DNA from: a virus
Lineage: Duplodnaviria; Caudoviricetes
Virus record (IMG/VR): IMGVR_UViG_3300025084_000024
Span: 1 to 59,032 of that record
DNA length: 59,032 nt
Reading direction: 5' to 3' (one strand)
Shown here: in pieces, positions 35,454 to 45,452 of the stretch
How the letters are laid out: each line of letters starts with the position of its first letter
How positions within the stretch are numbered: position 1 is the stretch's first letter
Notes under the pieces: model-generated
Seen by the model: the letters and a program-made list of their open reading frames with translations, nothing else
The model's database searches: none
What the model was told of the DNA's origin: nothing
Made by a program: the position numbers and the translations under genes

Positions 35454-35657
35454 ATGAAAAAGAATGAGGTTCTAGTTAAGTCCAATGGGCTGAGGAATGA
35501 ATTAAAGGAAATACGTAAGAGTATTGACAAACTAACGAACGCAATGATAGAAATACACATTGCACAAACAAACCAACATGAAAGTATTAATAACAAGCTT
35601 TGCACTTGCAACACTAATGATGAGCTGCGGGACAATAAGAGAAGCACGAATAAATGA
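35454..35657 (+). CDS. Hypothetical coiled-coil protein
   Basis: Start set at MKKNEV, which has a good context. Confidence 0.5.
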   Translation: MKKNEVLVKSNGLRNELKEIRKSIDKLTNAMIEIHIAQTNQHESINNKLCTCNTNDELRDNKRSTNK

Positions 35658-35763
35658 ATTTAAGGAACTAACTAAGGATATGCGTATAAAAACGCAAGAT
35701 GAAGCTAGGATAGCTCAAGTTTTATATTTAAAAATAGTAAATAAACGCAATTATGAAAAATAA
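35578..35763 (+). CDS. Small lipoprotein
   Basis: MKVLITSFALATLMMS|C lipobox. Confidence 0.65.
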   Translation: MKVLITSFALATLMMSCGTIREARINEFKELTKDMRIKTQDEARIAQVLYLKIVNKRNYEK

Positions 35764-35965
35764 AATGGATTCTCCTGTAGAAGGTAATGCTTTTGGAGGG
35801 CTAATGGCCAAAAATTTAGATGCAGGTATGTCAAAAAGCGAGGCGGCTGCTAATGCTGCAGCAACTCTTAAGCAAAGAAACGACAGTGTAGCTAGTTATA
35901 AAAACTTTGGAGTATCAGCTAGCCCCAGTATGATGAATTTAATGGGCAAAAGCTATAAAAAATAA
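35753..35965 (+). CDS. Hypothetical protein
   Basis: 70-aa ORF. Confidence 0.55.
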   Translation: MKNKMDSPVEGNAFGGLMAKNLDAGMSKSEAAANAAATLKQRNDSVASYKNFGVSASPSMMNLMGKSYKK

Positions 35966-35967
35966 TA

Positions 35968-36204
35968 ATGCCCCAAAATTTAACCCCTGGTGCTCGTAAA
36001 AGAAAAGCAATACGGGACAAAGAATATGCTATGACGCCTAGAAGACGGCGTATGAAAGCAGAAAATCAACGCCTTCGGCGTAAAGCTATTAAAAGGGGCT
36101 TCAATCTGGCCGGTCTAGATTACGATCACGAAGATAAAAAATTTGAATCAATAAAAAGGAATAGAGGTAACGACGGAAACGGCACCAAAACAGAAACAGC
36201 ATAA
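35968..36204 (+). CDS. Basic protein with a degenerate HNH-like motif
   Basis: Arg-rich N-terminus followed by 'GLDYDHEDKKFESIKRNRG'. Confidence 0.55.
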   Translation: MPQNLTPGARKRKAIRDKEYAMTPRRRRMKAENQRLRRKAIKRGFNLAGLDYDHEDKKFESIKRNRGNDGNGTKTETA

Positions 36205-36214
36205 AAATTAGCAC

Positions 36215-37243
36215 ATGGCAATAATTTATTCATACCCTCAAGCAACACCAACTGCTTCAGACTTACTAATCGGTACACTACTATCGGATGATAGTGGAGA
36301 AAATCCAACAAAATCATTTACTATAGCGGATATTATTGGTTTGGTACCCGCAGCCGGAACAGGAGGGACAGTTACATCAATAGGCCTAACTAATACAGAT
36401 GGTTTTTTAACAATTCAAAACACTCCTATAACTACAGCTGGTAATATAGGGGTTAATCTTTTTACATCGGGAGGTACCCCCGGGGCTACTACATTCTATA
36501 GAGGAGATGGCCAATGGGCCGAGCCGACTGGAACAGGTACACAGGTAACTTACACTATACAATCACAAACTAACGGTCCTAACATTGACATAGAGCTTTT
36601 AGATGATCCATCAACAAACCCAACAACTGTAACTTTAATACCGGGGAATGATATAGCTTTAGTCAATGCATCAAATGAAATAACAATTGCATCTGAGGCT
36701 GTTTCAACGGTGGTTGGTGGTACTTTTATAAATGTTGATTCTACTAATACACTAAGCCCTATAGTAAATTTATCCGCAACCGGCACCCCTGATGCTACCA
36801 GCTTTTTAAGAGGAGACAATACCTGGGCTGTTCCTAGTGGCGGAGGCGGTGGAGGAAGCATGAGCTCCTGGGATTTATTAGCAGACACCGGAACCACTCA
36901 AAATATTACTGATGGTGAAGATGTAAAACTTATTGGTGGCTCTGGTATTAGCACAGCTGTAGCGGATAATGCAGGTGTTGCTGAAGTAACAATAAATTTA
37001 TCAGGCACAGCGGTAGGTAGCTTAACCACGGCAGCTACAACATATGACAATTCAGCGGATGCTTTAAATGTTTCCGCATCTGGTAATGACTATACCATTA
37101 ATGCTAAAAATGTTATTACCCCCGGAGTTAATCCAGTGGGAACTCCGACAATATCTCAAATAAGAAACATAGTTTCTCTTACATCCGCTCAATATACAGC
37201 AATCACAACAAAAGATCCAAACACACTTTATATAGTAGTATAA
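36215..37243 (+). CDS. Short tail/head fibre protein
   Basis: N-terminus paralogous to ORF 38667, FxRGDxxW repeats, C-terminal 'QYTAITTKDPNTLYIVV'. Confidence 0.75.
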   Translation: MAIIYSYPQATPTASDLLIGTLLSDDSGENPTKSFTIADIIGLVPAAGTGGTVTSIGLTNTDGFLTIQNTPITTAGNIGVNLFTSGGTPGATTFYRGDGQWAEPTGTGTQVTYTIQSQTNGPNIDIELLDDPSTNPTTVTLIPGNDIALVNASNEITIASEAVSTVVGGTFINVDSTNTLSPIVNLSATGTPDATSFLRGDNTWAVPSGGGGGGSMSSWDLLADTGTTQNITDGEDVKLIGGSGISTAVADNAGVAEVTINLSGTAVGSLTTAATTYDNSADALNVSASGNDYTINAKNVITPGVNPVGTPTISQIRNIVSLTSAQYTAITTKDPNTLYIVV

Positions 37244-37244
37244 T

Positions 37245-38639
37245 ATGGCCATATATTTAGGTACCCAAGCAATTTCAAACTTATATCTGGGAAACCAAGA
37301 AATATGTGAATCTTTTTTAGAATCTACACAAATTTATGATGGATGTGCATTTACACCTGTAGTAGTAACACTGCAAGTAAATAATAATATATCGGGTCCA
37401 TCTGCAGGATATACTATTGGTGGTGATCAAAATGGCGCACAGCAGTCAGGAGAAGGCGGGGTTGGCTCATATGCTTTTAATACTACAGTTTCGGTAAATA
37501 GTGGCTATCAATTTTCTTCAGGCCCTACTGTGAATAATGCGAGCGGAACTTTACCATTATCAGATCAGACCGTAACAACTACGTTATCAGGAACAGTAGC
37601 ATTAATTCCTACAAATAGAACAGTGACGTTAAATATAGTTGATAATGTTAATGACCCCGGTGTCAGTCATACTTTTTCAGGTGATCCGGACGGGGACACC
37701 GTAACAGGACTACCAGGATCTTCATACAGCTTTACTTCTACATTAAATATAGCGTCAGAGTGGGAGGGGTCTATAACGCCAAATACAACTCAAACCGTAA
37801 GTGGATCAATACCCAGCTCAAATACTACTGTTAATATGACATTTAATGGTACATTGACTCAAAAAACATATACAGTAAATCATTCTTACGATACCTCTGG
37901 TGTTACTGGCACCCAATATAGTGCGCCTTCATCATCGGTAACTGGGGCAAATTCTGATGTTGTTTCACAAACAGGAAGTTCTGTTACAGGGCGAGCAGGA
38001 GCAGCTTGGAATTTTGTAACATCTGGATTACAAGCAAATTCTACGTACGAATGGACTAGTGGTCCAACTCTATCTCCAACATCACCAAGAGCAGTAACTA
38101 TAACAGGAGGACAAACAACACCGTCTACTCTTACAACCTTTGTTACAGGAACCGTTTCACAAATTGTAAACCAAGTTACTTTAGGTGGTGTACCTAGACC
38201 TTGTGCAAATTATTCATGTATAATTCCAGGGTCAGGGAGTCAACAAAGTAATGTTTGGTATTATTCAGGAACTTTAAGTGTAGGCACTGTTCTTTGGTCA
38301 AATAATGATTTAACAGGAAGTAATCCTGCGGCTGGTTTTTACGGAAAACTTAGTGGAGGTACAGGAAGTGTACAATATGGTTCTAGTGCTGTTATAGCAT
38401 TACCTTCTTGTGTAAGTTCTCTTAATGCTGTAACTCTTAAGTTTGATAGCACACCGGCTTTCGCGTGCGCAGCAGCTACTGATGAAGCTGGCTATATGGA
38501 TGGCTTCGCATTAACAACTTCTAGCAATTTTTATACTGATAGTACAGGTTGTTCCTTTGGTTCAAACGGTTATTATTCAGATGGAACGTATGTCCGTGAA
38601 TTAAGTAATGGAGCATTTATATCTTTTGCATCTTGTTAA
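37245..38639 (+). CDS. Fibre-tip/adhesin with repeated beta-sandwich-like units
   Basis: S/T/G-rich, about three ~90-aa repeats, Cys-containing C-terminal domains, N-terminal 'MAIYLGT' module. Confidence 0.65.
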   Translation: MAIYLGTQAISNLYLGNQEICESFLESTQIYDGCAFTPVVVTLQVNNNISGPSAGYTIGGDQNGAQQSGEGGVGSYAFNTTVSVNSGYQFSSGPTVNNASGTLPLSDQTVTTTLSGTVALIPTNRTVTLNIVDNVNDPGVSHTFSGDPDGDTVTGLPGSSYSFTSTLNIASEWEGSITPNTTQTVSGSIPSSNTTVNMTFNGTLTQKTYTVNHSYDTSGVTGTQYSAPSSSVTGANSDVVSQTGSSVTGRAGAAWNFVTSGLQANSTYEWTSGPTLSPTSPRAVTITGGQTTPSTLTTFVTGTVSQIVNQVTLGGVPRPCANYSCIIPGSGSQQSNVWYYSGTLSVGTVLWSNNDLTGSNPAAGFYGKLSGGTGSVQYGSSAVIALPSCVSSLNAVTLKFDSTPAFACAAATDEAGYMDGFALTTSSNFYTDSTGCSFGSNGYYSDGTYVRELSNGAFISFASC

Positions 38640-38666
38640 AAATAAAAAAAATAAAAAACATATAAA

Positions 38667-41600
38667 ATGGCAATAATATATACTTACCCGGTAGTTGCAC
38701 CCGCACTATCAGATCTGGTTATAGGTACAGATTTAGGCGGTAAAAACCCAACTAAAAATTTTACAATACAAAGTATTGCAGATTTGGTTGGAGGGGTAAA
38801 GCAAATAGTTGCCGGAACAGATATATCAGTAGACCCAACAGATGGAACAGGCATTGTAACAGTAAATTCAACGCTTGATCCTGGGGTTACTTCTTTAATA
38901 GCTGGGGACAATATTAATTTATCACCTGCTGATGGGACAGGGGATGTTACTATTGGTGTAAGCAATGTTGTGTTATCTGTATCTACCGGTGATGCTGATA
39001 CAATATTAATAGGCGGCACAAACGTAAGTCCTACAGTTTCTGCTAATGTTACATCAACAATAGCTTCTGGAGGAGCTAATTTGGTAGCGGCAGGCACAAT
39101 ATATGATTTTGTAGATACAAATTATATTCCTTATGCGGAAACCTCAACTTCACAAATACAGTTTGTTGATAATAACTCTGCTTTAGGAACATCAGATACT
39201 GTGGTACCTACTCAATTAGCTGTTAAAACTTATGTAGATAATGCTGTTACAGGCCAGTTAATATATCAAGGTGGTTATAATGCCGCAACTAATACTCCAG
39301 ATCTTACAACTTCTCCTAATAGTATTTTACAAGGGTGGACATATACAGTTACGACTGCGGGAACATTTTTTACCGAAACGGTTGAGGTTGGCGATTTATT
39401 AATAGCCGAAAGTGATAATCCAACTTCGTTAAGCAATTGGACAACAGTACAAAATAATATTGGTATTGCGACCGATACGATACAAGGTATTGCTAATTTT
39501 CCAATTTCAGGTGGTTTATCAATAAACGCAGGAGCGGTTTCATTGCCTGATTCAGGTGTAACTGCAGGGTCTTATACACTTTCTGATATAACGGTAGATG
39601 CTAAAGGAAGGATAACTTCAGCGTCAAGTGGAACAGTAAATATAGGAGTATCTGACTTATCTTCTGCTTCAGGTACCTTTATAACAATTGCTAATTTATC
39701 TTCAGCAACAGGGGCTATTGATTTAGGTACTGTTGATTTATCAGCTACTGGAACCCCTAGCAGTACTACTTTTTTAAGAGGGGATAATACTTGGGCTACT
39801 GTTATTTCTGAAAATGACTATGTTGATGGCATACAATTTGATACAGGAACTGGTGTACTAACTTTAGAAAGAACTGGAGCTTTAGCGGATTTAACTCAAG
39901 ATTTAGATGGTAGATATGCATTAGCATCTGATGTACCATCCAATATAGTACAAACAGTTGACACAACTAGTGGTGCGTTCATAGATCTTACACCGGCATC
40001 ACCAACATCTGGTGCTGTAACGGTTACTGCGGCACTTTCTGCAACCGGCACTCCTAGTGCATCAACATTTTTAAGGGGGGATAATGCTTGGAGTACTGCA
40101 CTTACAAGTGTGGGCATAACAAGCACGCTTTCAACTATAGCAATAAGTAATTCCCCATTAACAGCTAATGGGAATATAAACATAGATTTATCAACATCAG
40201 GAGTTAGCCCTGGTTCTTACACAAATTCTAATATAACCGTAGATCAATATGGTAGGATAACGGTTGCTAATAGTGGGGCCGCAGGAGGGGTTTCTGATTT
40301 TACAAATTCTAATGGTACTTTTATTAGTTATACTACAGAAAATGCAGCGGCTACAGGAAGTGTTACTACGGGACAAGTAGATTTATCAGCCCTTGGCACT
40401 CCTTCTGCTACTACATTCTTAAGAGGAGACAATGCTTGGGCAGAACAATCTGATATTGTAGCGGGAGCATCGACTCTTGTGGAAATAGAGGTTAAAAATT
40501 TAGAGGGTGCAGCTTTAACTCAAGGAACCCCTGTATATTTACTAGGCACGGTTGGTGCTTCAATTATAGTTGAAGTAGGCAAGGCAGACGCAAGTAATGC
40601 TAATAAAATGCCTAGCGTTGGTATATTAAAGCAAGACTTAGCAATTAATGGACAGGGGTATGCAATTGTATCAGGTACTTTAAAAAATGTGTCTACCAGT
40701 CCTATAGATTCAGTAACACCATCTACAGGTGATACGCTATATGTTAAATCTGGAGGCGGATTAACAACTACAAAGCCAACTGGTTCAACAAACTTTATAC
40801 AAAATATTGGACAAATAGGTAGGGTTAACAGCGTTGGTGGATCTATTTTAGCATCTTGTATTATGAGATCTAATGATATACCTAATTTACCTACAGGTAA
40901 AATATGGGTAGGTAATAATAATACCACAGTTTCTGATGTAGTTTATTTAGATGAAACTAATTTAAGATTAGGGTTAAATACAATAACACCATCACAAAGT
41001 CTGCATGTAGATGGTAATACTAGAATAACAGGGGCAATATACGATTCGAATAATGTACCAGGAACCTCTGGAGAAATATTAAGTTCTACTGCAACCGGAA
41101 CAGCTTGGGTTTCTGCTGGGGGTAGTGGTACAGTAACATCAGTAGCAACAAGCTCCCCTATTACTGGGGGTGTTATTACATCTAGTGGAACTATAGGTAT
41201 TACACAATCTAGTACTGCTACCGATGGATACTTATCGTCTGCCGATTGGAATACATTTAATAATAAAACATCAAATGCTGGTACAGTCACATCGGTGGCT
41301 ATTACAGAAACAGGTACAGCATTAACTATAACAGGCTCACCAATAACAAGTAGTGGCGTAATTGACATAGCTGGAGCAGGAACATCCTCACAGGTTATAC
41401 TAGGCGATCTTACTTTAGGCACTTACACTACAGGAACAGTTACTAGTGTAGGCATATCCGCTGGATCTGGAATAGGTGTAACAGGAAGTCCTATAACAAC
41501 GAGTGGAATTATAACTGTAACTAATACAGATACAGGTTCATCTCAAAATATATTTAAAACAATAGCTGTTTCCGGTCAATCAGATATTGTAGCTGGCAGC

Positions 41601-42926
41601 AATAGCGATACTTTAACTGTTGCAGCAGGGTCAGGAATAACTGTTACTACAAATTCTGGAACAAATGAATTAACAATAGCTACTAGTGGTGGCGGAGGAA
41701 CCGTAACAAGTGTGGGACTTTCGATGCCTTCTGCATTTACTGTTGCTAATTCACCTATTACTTCAAGCGGAACTCTTACAGTAACCGGAAGCGGATCAAT
41801 TTCTCAATATATAAGAGGAGATGGTACTTTAGCAACATATGACGAAGGTACAGTAACATCAATAGGAACAACGGGACCAATTACCGGTGGTACAATAACA
41901 AATACAGGTACTATTGGTATTACACAGTCAAGTACCTCTGCCGATGGTTATTTATCTTCAACTGACTGGAACACCTTCAATAATAAAGGCAGTGGCACGG
42001 TTACAAGCGTAGGAGCAATTACAGGTACAACGGGTACGGATTTTAATATACAAAATTCTCCTATAACTAGCTCCGGTAATCTAGAATTTAATTTGCCAGT
42101 TGCAAGTGCAACAAATACAGGTAAATTGTCATCAACAGATTGGAATACATTTAATAATAAAGGCAGTGGTACATTAACGGGAAGCGGTTCATCCACTCAA
42201 GTTGCTTTTTGGTCCTCATCATCAGGATTAACTGGAAGTAATAGTTTATACTGGGATTCAGTCAATAATAGACTAGGAATAGGAACATCTAGCCCACAAG
42301 AAGCGTTGGATGTCAGTGGGTTTATACAATCAGGCTCTATTGTAGTTGATCAAACCAGCTTATTTATAAATTCTAATCAGAGTCCTAATGTAGGAATGGG
42401 TACAAATTCCCCTAGCGAAAGATTAGACGTGTCAGGAGTAGTGAAATCAACAGGTCTTAAGGTTAATAACAATATTATTTATGTTGCTAACTCTGGCACA
42501 AATGTAGGAATAGGAACATCTAGCCCACAAGAAGCATTGGACGTTAGTGGGTTTATACAGTCAGATTCTATTATAGTTGACCAAGGCAGTTTATTTATAA
42601 ATTCCAATCAAAGCCCCAATGTAGGAATGGGAACGACTAGTCCTAGTGAAAGATTAGACGTATCAGGTGTGGTAAAATCAACAGGGCTTAAAGTTAACGG
42701 CGATGTTCGAGTAGATGCTCGTTATTATGATGCGGGTAATTCATCTGGAACAAGTGGCCAGCTATTAAGCTCAACAGGAAGTGCTACTGATTGGATTGAT
42801 GTACCTACCGCTCCTAGTACAGACAATCAAAACGGCGGGTCAGCATTACAATATTGGTCAGGAACACAAGCCCAATACGATTCTATATCAACTCCCGATG
42901 CTAATACAATTTATTTTATTACATAA
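38667..42926 (+). CDS. Long tail fibre protein
   Basis: 1419 aa. GTVTSV, ITVDxxGRIT, FLRGDNxW, LSSxDWNTFNNK and GIGTSSP repeats. Confidence 0.85.
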   Translation: MAIIYTYPVVAPALSDLVIGTDLGGKNPTKNFTIQSIADLVGGVKQIVAGTDISVDPTDGTGIVTVNSTLDPGVTSLIAGDNINLSPADGTGDVTIGVSNVVLSVSTGDADTILIGGTNVSPTVSANVTSTIASGGANLVAAGTIYDFVDTNYIPYAETSTSQIQFVDNNSALGTSDTVVPTQLAVKTYVDNAVTGQLIYQGGYNAATNTPDLTTSPNSILQGWTYTVTTAGTFFTETVEVGDLLIAESDNPTSLSNWTTVQNNIGIATDTIQGIANFPISGGLSINAGAVSLPDSGVTAGSYTLSDITVDAKGRITSASSGTVNIGVSDLSSASGTFITIANLSSATGAIDLGTVDLSATGTPSSTTFLRGDNTWATVISENDYVDGIQFDTGTGVLTLERTGALADLTQDLDGRYALASDVPSNIVQTVDTTSGAFIDLTPASPTSGAVTVTAALSATGTPSASTFLRGDNAWSTALTSVGITSTLSTIAISNSPLTANGNINIDLSTSGVSPGSYTNSNITVDQYGRITVANSGAAGGVSDFTNSNGTFISYTTENAAATGSVTTGQVDLSALGTPSATTFLRGDNAWAEQSDIVAGASTLVEIEVKNLEGAALTQGTPVYLLGTVGASIIVEVGKADASNANKMPSVGILKQDLAINGQGYAIVSGTLKNVSTSPIDSVTPSTGDTLYVKSGGGLTTTKPTGSTNFIQNIGQIGRVNSVGGSILASCIMRSNDIPNLPTGKIWVGNNNTTVSDVVYLDETNLRLGLNTITPSQSLHVDGNTRITGAIYDSNNVPGTSGEILSSTATGTAWVSAGGSGTVTSVATSSPITGGVITSSGTIGITQSSTATDGYLSSADWNTFNNKTSNAGTVTSVAITETGTALTITGSPITSSGVIDIAGAGTSSQVILGDLTLGTYTTGTVTSVGISAGSGIGVTGSPITTSGIITVTNTDTGSSQNIFKTIAVSGQSDIVAGSNSDTLTVAAGSGITVTTNSGTNELTIATSGGGGTVTSVGLSMPSAFTVANSPITSSGTLTVTGSGSISQYIRGDGTLATYDEGTVTSIGTTGPITGGTITNTGTIGITQSSTSADGYLSSTDWNTFNNKGSGTVTSVGAITGTTGTDFNIQNSPITSSGNLEFNLPVASATNTGKLSSTDWNTFNNKGSGTLTGSGSSTQVAFWSSSSGLTGSNSLYWDSVNNRLGIGTSSPQEALDVSGFIQSGSIVVDQTSLFINSNQSPNVGMGTNSPSERLDVSGVVKSTGLKVNNNIIYVANSGTNVGIGTSSPQEALDVSGFIQSDSIIVDQGSLFINSNQSPNVGMGTTSPSERLDVSGVVKSTGLKVNGDVRVDARYYDAGNSSGTSGQLLSSTGSATDWIDVPTAPSTDNQNGGSALQYWSGTQAQYDSISTPDANTIYFIT
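42274..42697 (+). repeat. Tandem 231-bp (77-codon) duplication in the fibre gene
   Basis: Units start at 42274 and 42505 (TAGGAATAGGAACATCTAGCCCACAAGAAGC...). Differences are mostly synonymous. Confidence 0.85.
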
Positions 42927-43885
42927 TGTCAATATACAGAGGCACATCAGAACTTTTAGCCGTATACAAAGGTGGTACTCAATTATCAAAAATATACGCT
43001 GGAACAACACAAATTTTTCCGCAACCATTTACTGCTTATAATTTAGAGTGGTTAGTTGTAGCCGGAGGTGCCCCTGGTGGGTATTCGAGAACTAATGATG
43101 ATGCTGGAGGTGGTGGAGCAGGCGAATTTAGGGATTCAGCTACTCAAGGACCTGAATCTATATCATTTGCTGGAATTACAATCCAGGTTGCCGTAGGAGC
43201 AGGGTCTGCATCTGTAACTAACCATCAGAACATTCAAAACAACGGAAATGATAGTTATTTTACTTATAGTAGTACAGTAATAAGTTGCTACGGCGGAGGT
43301 GGTGGTGGAAATAGAAATGGATCTGGATCATCTTCCTACGGCCAAGACGGTGGATCAGGTGGTGGTGGTGGTGGTTCTGGTAGATCTGGGGGATCAGCTA
43401 TTGCTCAATATTACGGTAATGCTGGAGGTAATGGAGATAGTGGTGATGGCGGCGGCGGCGGCGGTGGCGCAGATTTTCCTGGTAATGACGGTAGGCAAGG
43501 AGGAAGTAATAACGGAGGCGACGGAGGTGATGGTCGTGGTAATTCAATTACAGGCAATACAGTTGTTTATGCTGGTGGTGGCGGTGGTTCTGGCGATAGT
43601 GGCGGAACTGGTGGTGCTGGAGGCGATGGTGGCGGCGGAAATGGCGGAAACGGTACAGATGGTGGTATTATGCCAGACGCTGGAACATCTAATACAGGCG
43701 GCGGCGGTGGCGGCGGCGGTTGGGATAATAACTCTATTTATGGAGGTTCAGGTGGATCGGGAATTGTTATTTTAAAATTACCAACTGCATCATATTCTGG
43801 AACCACAACTGGATCACCAATAGTAACTACTGTTGGAACAGACACTATTTTACAATTTACAGGTTCTGGTACTTATACAACATAA
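42926..43885 (+). CDS. Glycine-rich domain tip protein
   Basis: 'WLVVAGG..GGGGAG..GGSGGSGIVIL' glycine-rich domain, with an N-terminal 'MSIYRGT' module. Confidence 0.8.
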   Translation: MSIYRGTSELLAVYKGGTQLSKIYAGTTQIFPQPFTAYNLEWLVVAGGAPGGYSRTNDDAGGGGAGEFRDSATQGPESISFAGITIQVAVGAGSASVTNHQNIQNNGNDSYFTYSSTVISCYGGGGGGNRNGSGSSSYGQDGGSGGGGGGSGRSGGSAIAQYYGNAGGNGDSGDGGGGGGGADFPGNDGRQGGSNNGGDGGDGRGNSITGNTVVYAGGGGGSGDSGGTGGAGGDGGGGNGGNGTDGGIMPDAGTSNTGGGGGGGGWDNNSIYGGSGGSGIVILKLPTASYSGTTTGSPIVTTVGTDTILQFTGSGTYTT

Positions 43886-43887
43886 TT

Positions 43888-44253
43888 ATGGCACATTTTG
43901 CAGAATTAAATCAAGATAATATAGTACAAAGAGTTATTGTTGTTAATAATGAAGTAATAACAAATAATAATAATGAAGAACAGGAATCATTAGGCGTAAG
44001 CTTTTGTCAGTCATTATTTGGAAATGATACAAATTGGGTGCAAACATCATATAATAATTCGTTTAGGGTAAGATTTGCAGCAAAAGGTTATACTTTTGAT
44101 ACTGCAAAAAATGCTTTTATTGCCCCAAAACCTTTTGAAAGCTGGATATTAAATGAAAGCACATGCTCTTGGGAAGCTCCTGTAACTTATCCAACAGATG
44201 GCAATCAATATGAATGGAACGAAGAATCTAGAACTTGGCATTTAACAACATAA
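43888..44253 (+). CDS. Fibre-associated protein (partner of glycine-rich proteins)
   Basis: 'MAHFAEL..VQRVIVV..WVQTSYN..FIAPKPFESW'. Confidence 0.7.
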   Translation: MAHFAELNQDNIVQRVIVVNNEVITNNNNEEQESLGVSFCQSLFGNDTNWVQTSYNNSFRVRFAAKGYTFDTAKNAFIAPKPFESWILNESTCSWEAPVTYPTDGNQYEWNEESRTWHLTT

Positions 44254-44262
44254 TTATAAAAA

Positions 44263-44586
44263 ATGATTTACACTTGGAATAATAAAACAGTGGACACTTA
44301 TCCTGCATTAGAAGGAAACAATGATGTAATCTTTAAGGTACATTGGGGGCTGATAGGAATGGATGACAATGAAAATGTAGGTAGTGTTTACGGAACGCAA
44401 TTACTAGATACTTCTAATTTATCAGGCTTTATTTCTTTTGCAGATATAACAGAAGAGCAGATAAATGAATGGGTAGAAGCAGCAATGGGTGGGGAAGAAG
44501 TGCAAGCTAAAAAAAATGCTATTAACGCACAAATAGCAGAGAAAGCAAATCCATCAGTAATAACTAAACAGATTGGCGAAGAATAA
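44263..44586 (+). CDS. Fibre-associated/chaperone-like protein
   Basis: 'YTW..DVIFKVHW..FISFADITEEQINEWV'. Confidence 0.6.
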   Translation: MIYTWNNKTVDTYPALEGNNDVIFKVHWGLIGMDDNENVGSVYGTQLLDTSNLSGFISFADITEEQINEWVEAAMGGEEVQAKKNAINAQIAEKANPSVITKQIGEE

Positions 44587-44628
44587 TTATTAACTAAGCT
44601 TTGTATTTAAAAAAATTTAAAATAAGAT

Positions 44629-45090
44629 ATGAAATTACCAAAAAATGGAGTAGCTAGAGAAATACGCCATTATATAGGCAGCTTATTTATATTCCTTTTA
44701 ATTATATCTATCGTATTTATATTAATGCGATTTCCAGTATTAGAAACAAATAAAGAAGTTGTTATGATGCTCATAGGTACTCTTGCTGCATCTATAGGGC
44801 TTGTCGTTAGCACAATAACAGGTGCAAAACCTGACGATGTAAACGCATTAAAAGGTGATGTAGAAAAAAAACAATTACAAATAGATTATTTAACTAAAGC
44901 AAAAGATGATTTAGAATCCATGGTAATTAATCTCCAAAAAGAAATGCTAAAAAACCAAGACGACGTAATGGATAAAATTATATTAAAAGCTGCATTAGAT
45001 TATGATGATAGGGCCGGAGCGCATAAACAGCTAGTGTCACAAAAAAAATGTACATGTGGCGAAGAAAGCTGTTTTTGTAAAGGTGAGTAA
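44629..45090 (+). CDS. Membrane protein (2 TM + coiled coil + Cys-rich tail)
   Basis: Two hydrophobic helices, heptad region, C-terminal CTCGEESCFC. Confidence 0.6.
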   Translation: MKLPKNGVAREIRHYIGSLFIFLLIISIVFILMRFPVLETNKEVVMMLIGTLAASIGLVVSTITGAKPDDVNALKGDVEKKQLQIDYLTKAKDDLESMVINLQKEMLKNQDDVMDKIILKAALDYDDRAGAHKQLVSQKKCTCGEESCFCKGE

Positions 45091-45105
45091 TTACAAGTAA
45101 TAATA
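45076..45105 (+). promoter_or_regulatory. Class II promoter-like motif TGTAA-N16-GTAATAATA upstream of the GroEL operon
   Basis: Exact spacing, 34 nt before the ATG at 45140. Confidence 0.6.
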
Positions 45106-45139
45106 AACTATAAACCTAACTAATTTTAAACCAATACCA

Positions 45140-45421
45140 ATGACACTATTTTACCAGACTCAATCGTGGTCTAGTCAACCACAAGTATCCGAAGAAACCA
45201 AAAAAATTTGGAAGCGTTATTCAAAGAAAAAAAATTGGAGAATAACACAACTTCCGAACGGCTATTACCAAGCTGAATGGATTGACTTCAACGATAACTG
45301 GAACGGAATTACAAGGCGTGAAACAATTGAAGGGGCTGAAAAAGCAATTGAATCTTCAATTGAACATTACATTAAAAAATTAAAACTTTCCGAAGGTCCA
45401 GTTGTTGTAAAAACCTTTTAA
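45140..45421 (+). CDS. Hypothetical protein
   Basis: 93 aa, Trp-rich. Confidence 0.65.
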   Translation: MTLFYQTQSWSSQPQVSEETKKIWKRYSKKKNWRITQLPNGYYQAEWIDFNDNWNGITRRETIEGAEKAIESSIEHYIKKLKLSEGPVVVKTF

Positions 45422-45452
45422 ATAAAATACTTAAATTAAATTTAATTAAATC

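Noticed and set aside
38684-42196. Several antisense ORFs within the fibre gene (also 36550, 14414, 17924, 18276)
   Set aside because: Shadow ORFs caused by Thr/Gly/Ser codon bias on the coding strand.
42274-42697. Fibre duplication as a DGR template/variable repeat pair
   Set aside because: Both copies are in-frame and tandem, differences are not adenine-specific, and no reverse transcriptase is present.
43299-43775. 158-aa Val/Ala-rich alternative-frame ORF
   Set aside because: By-product of GGN glycine runs in the real gene.
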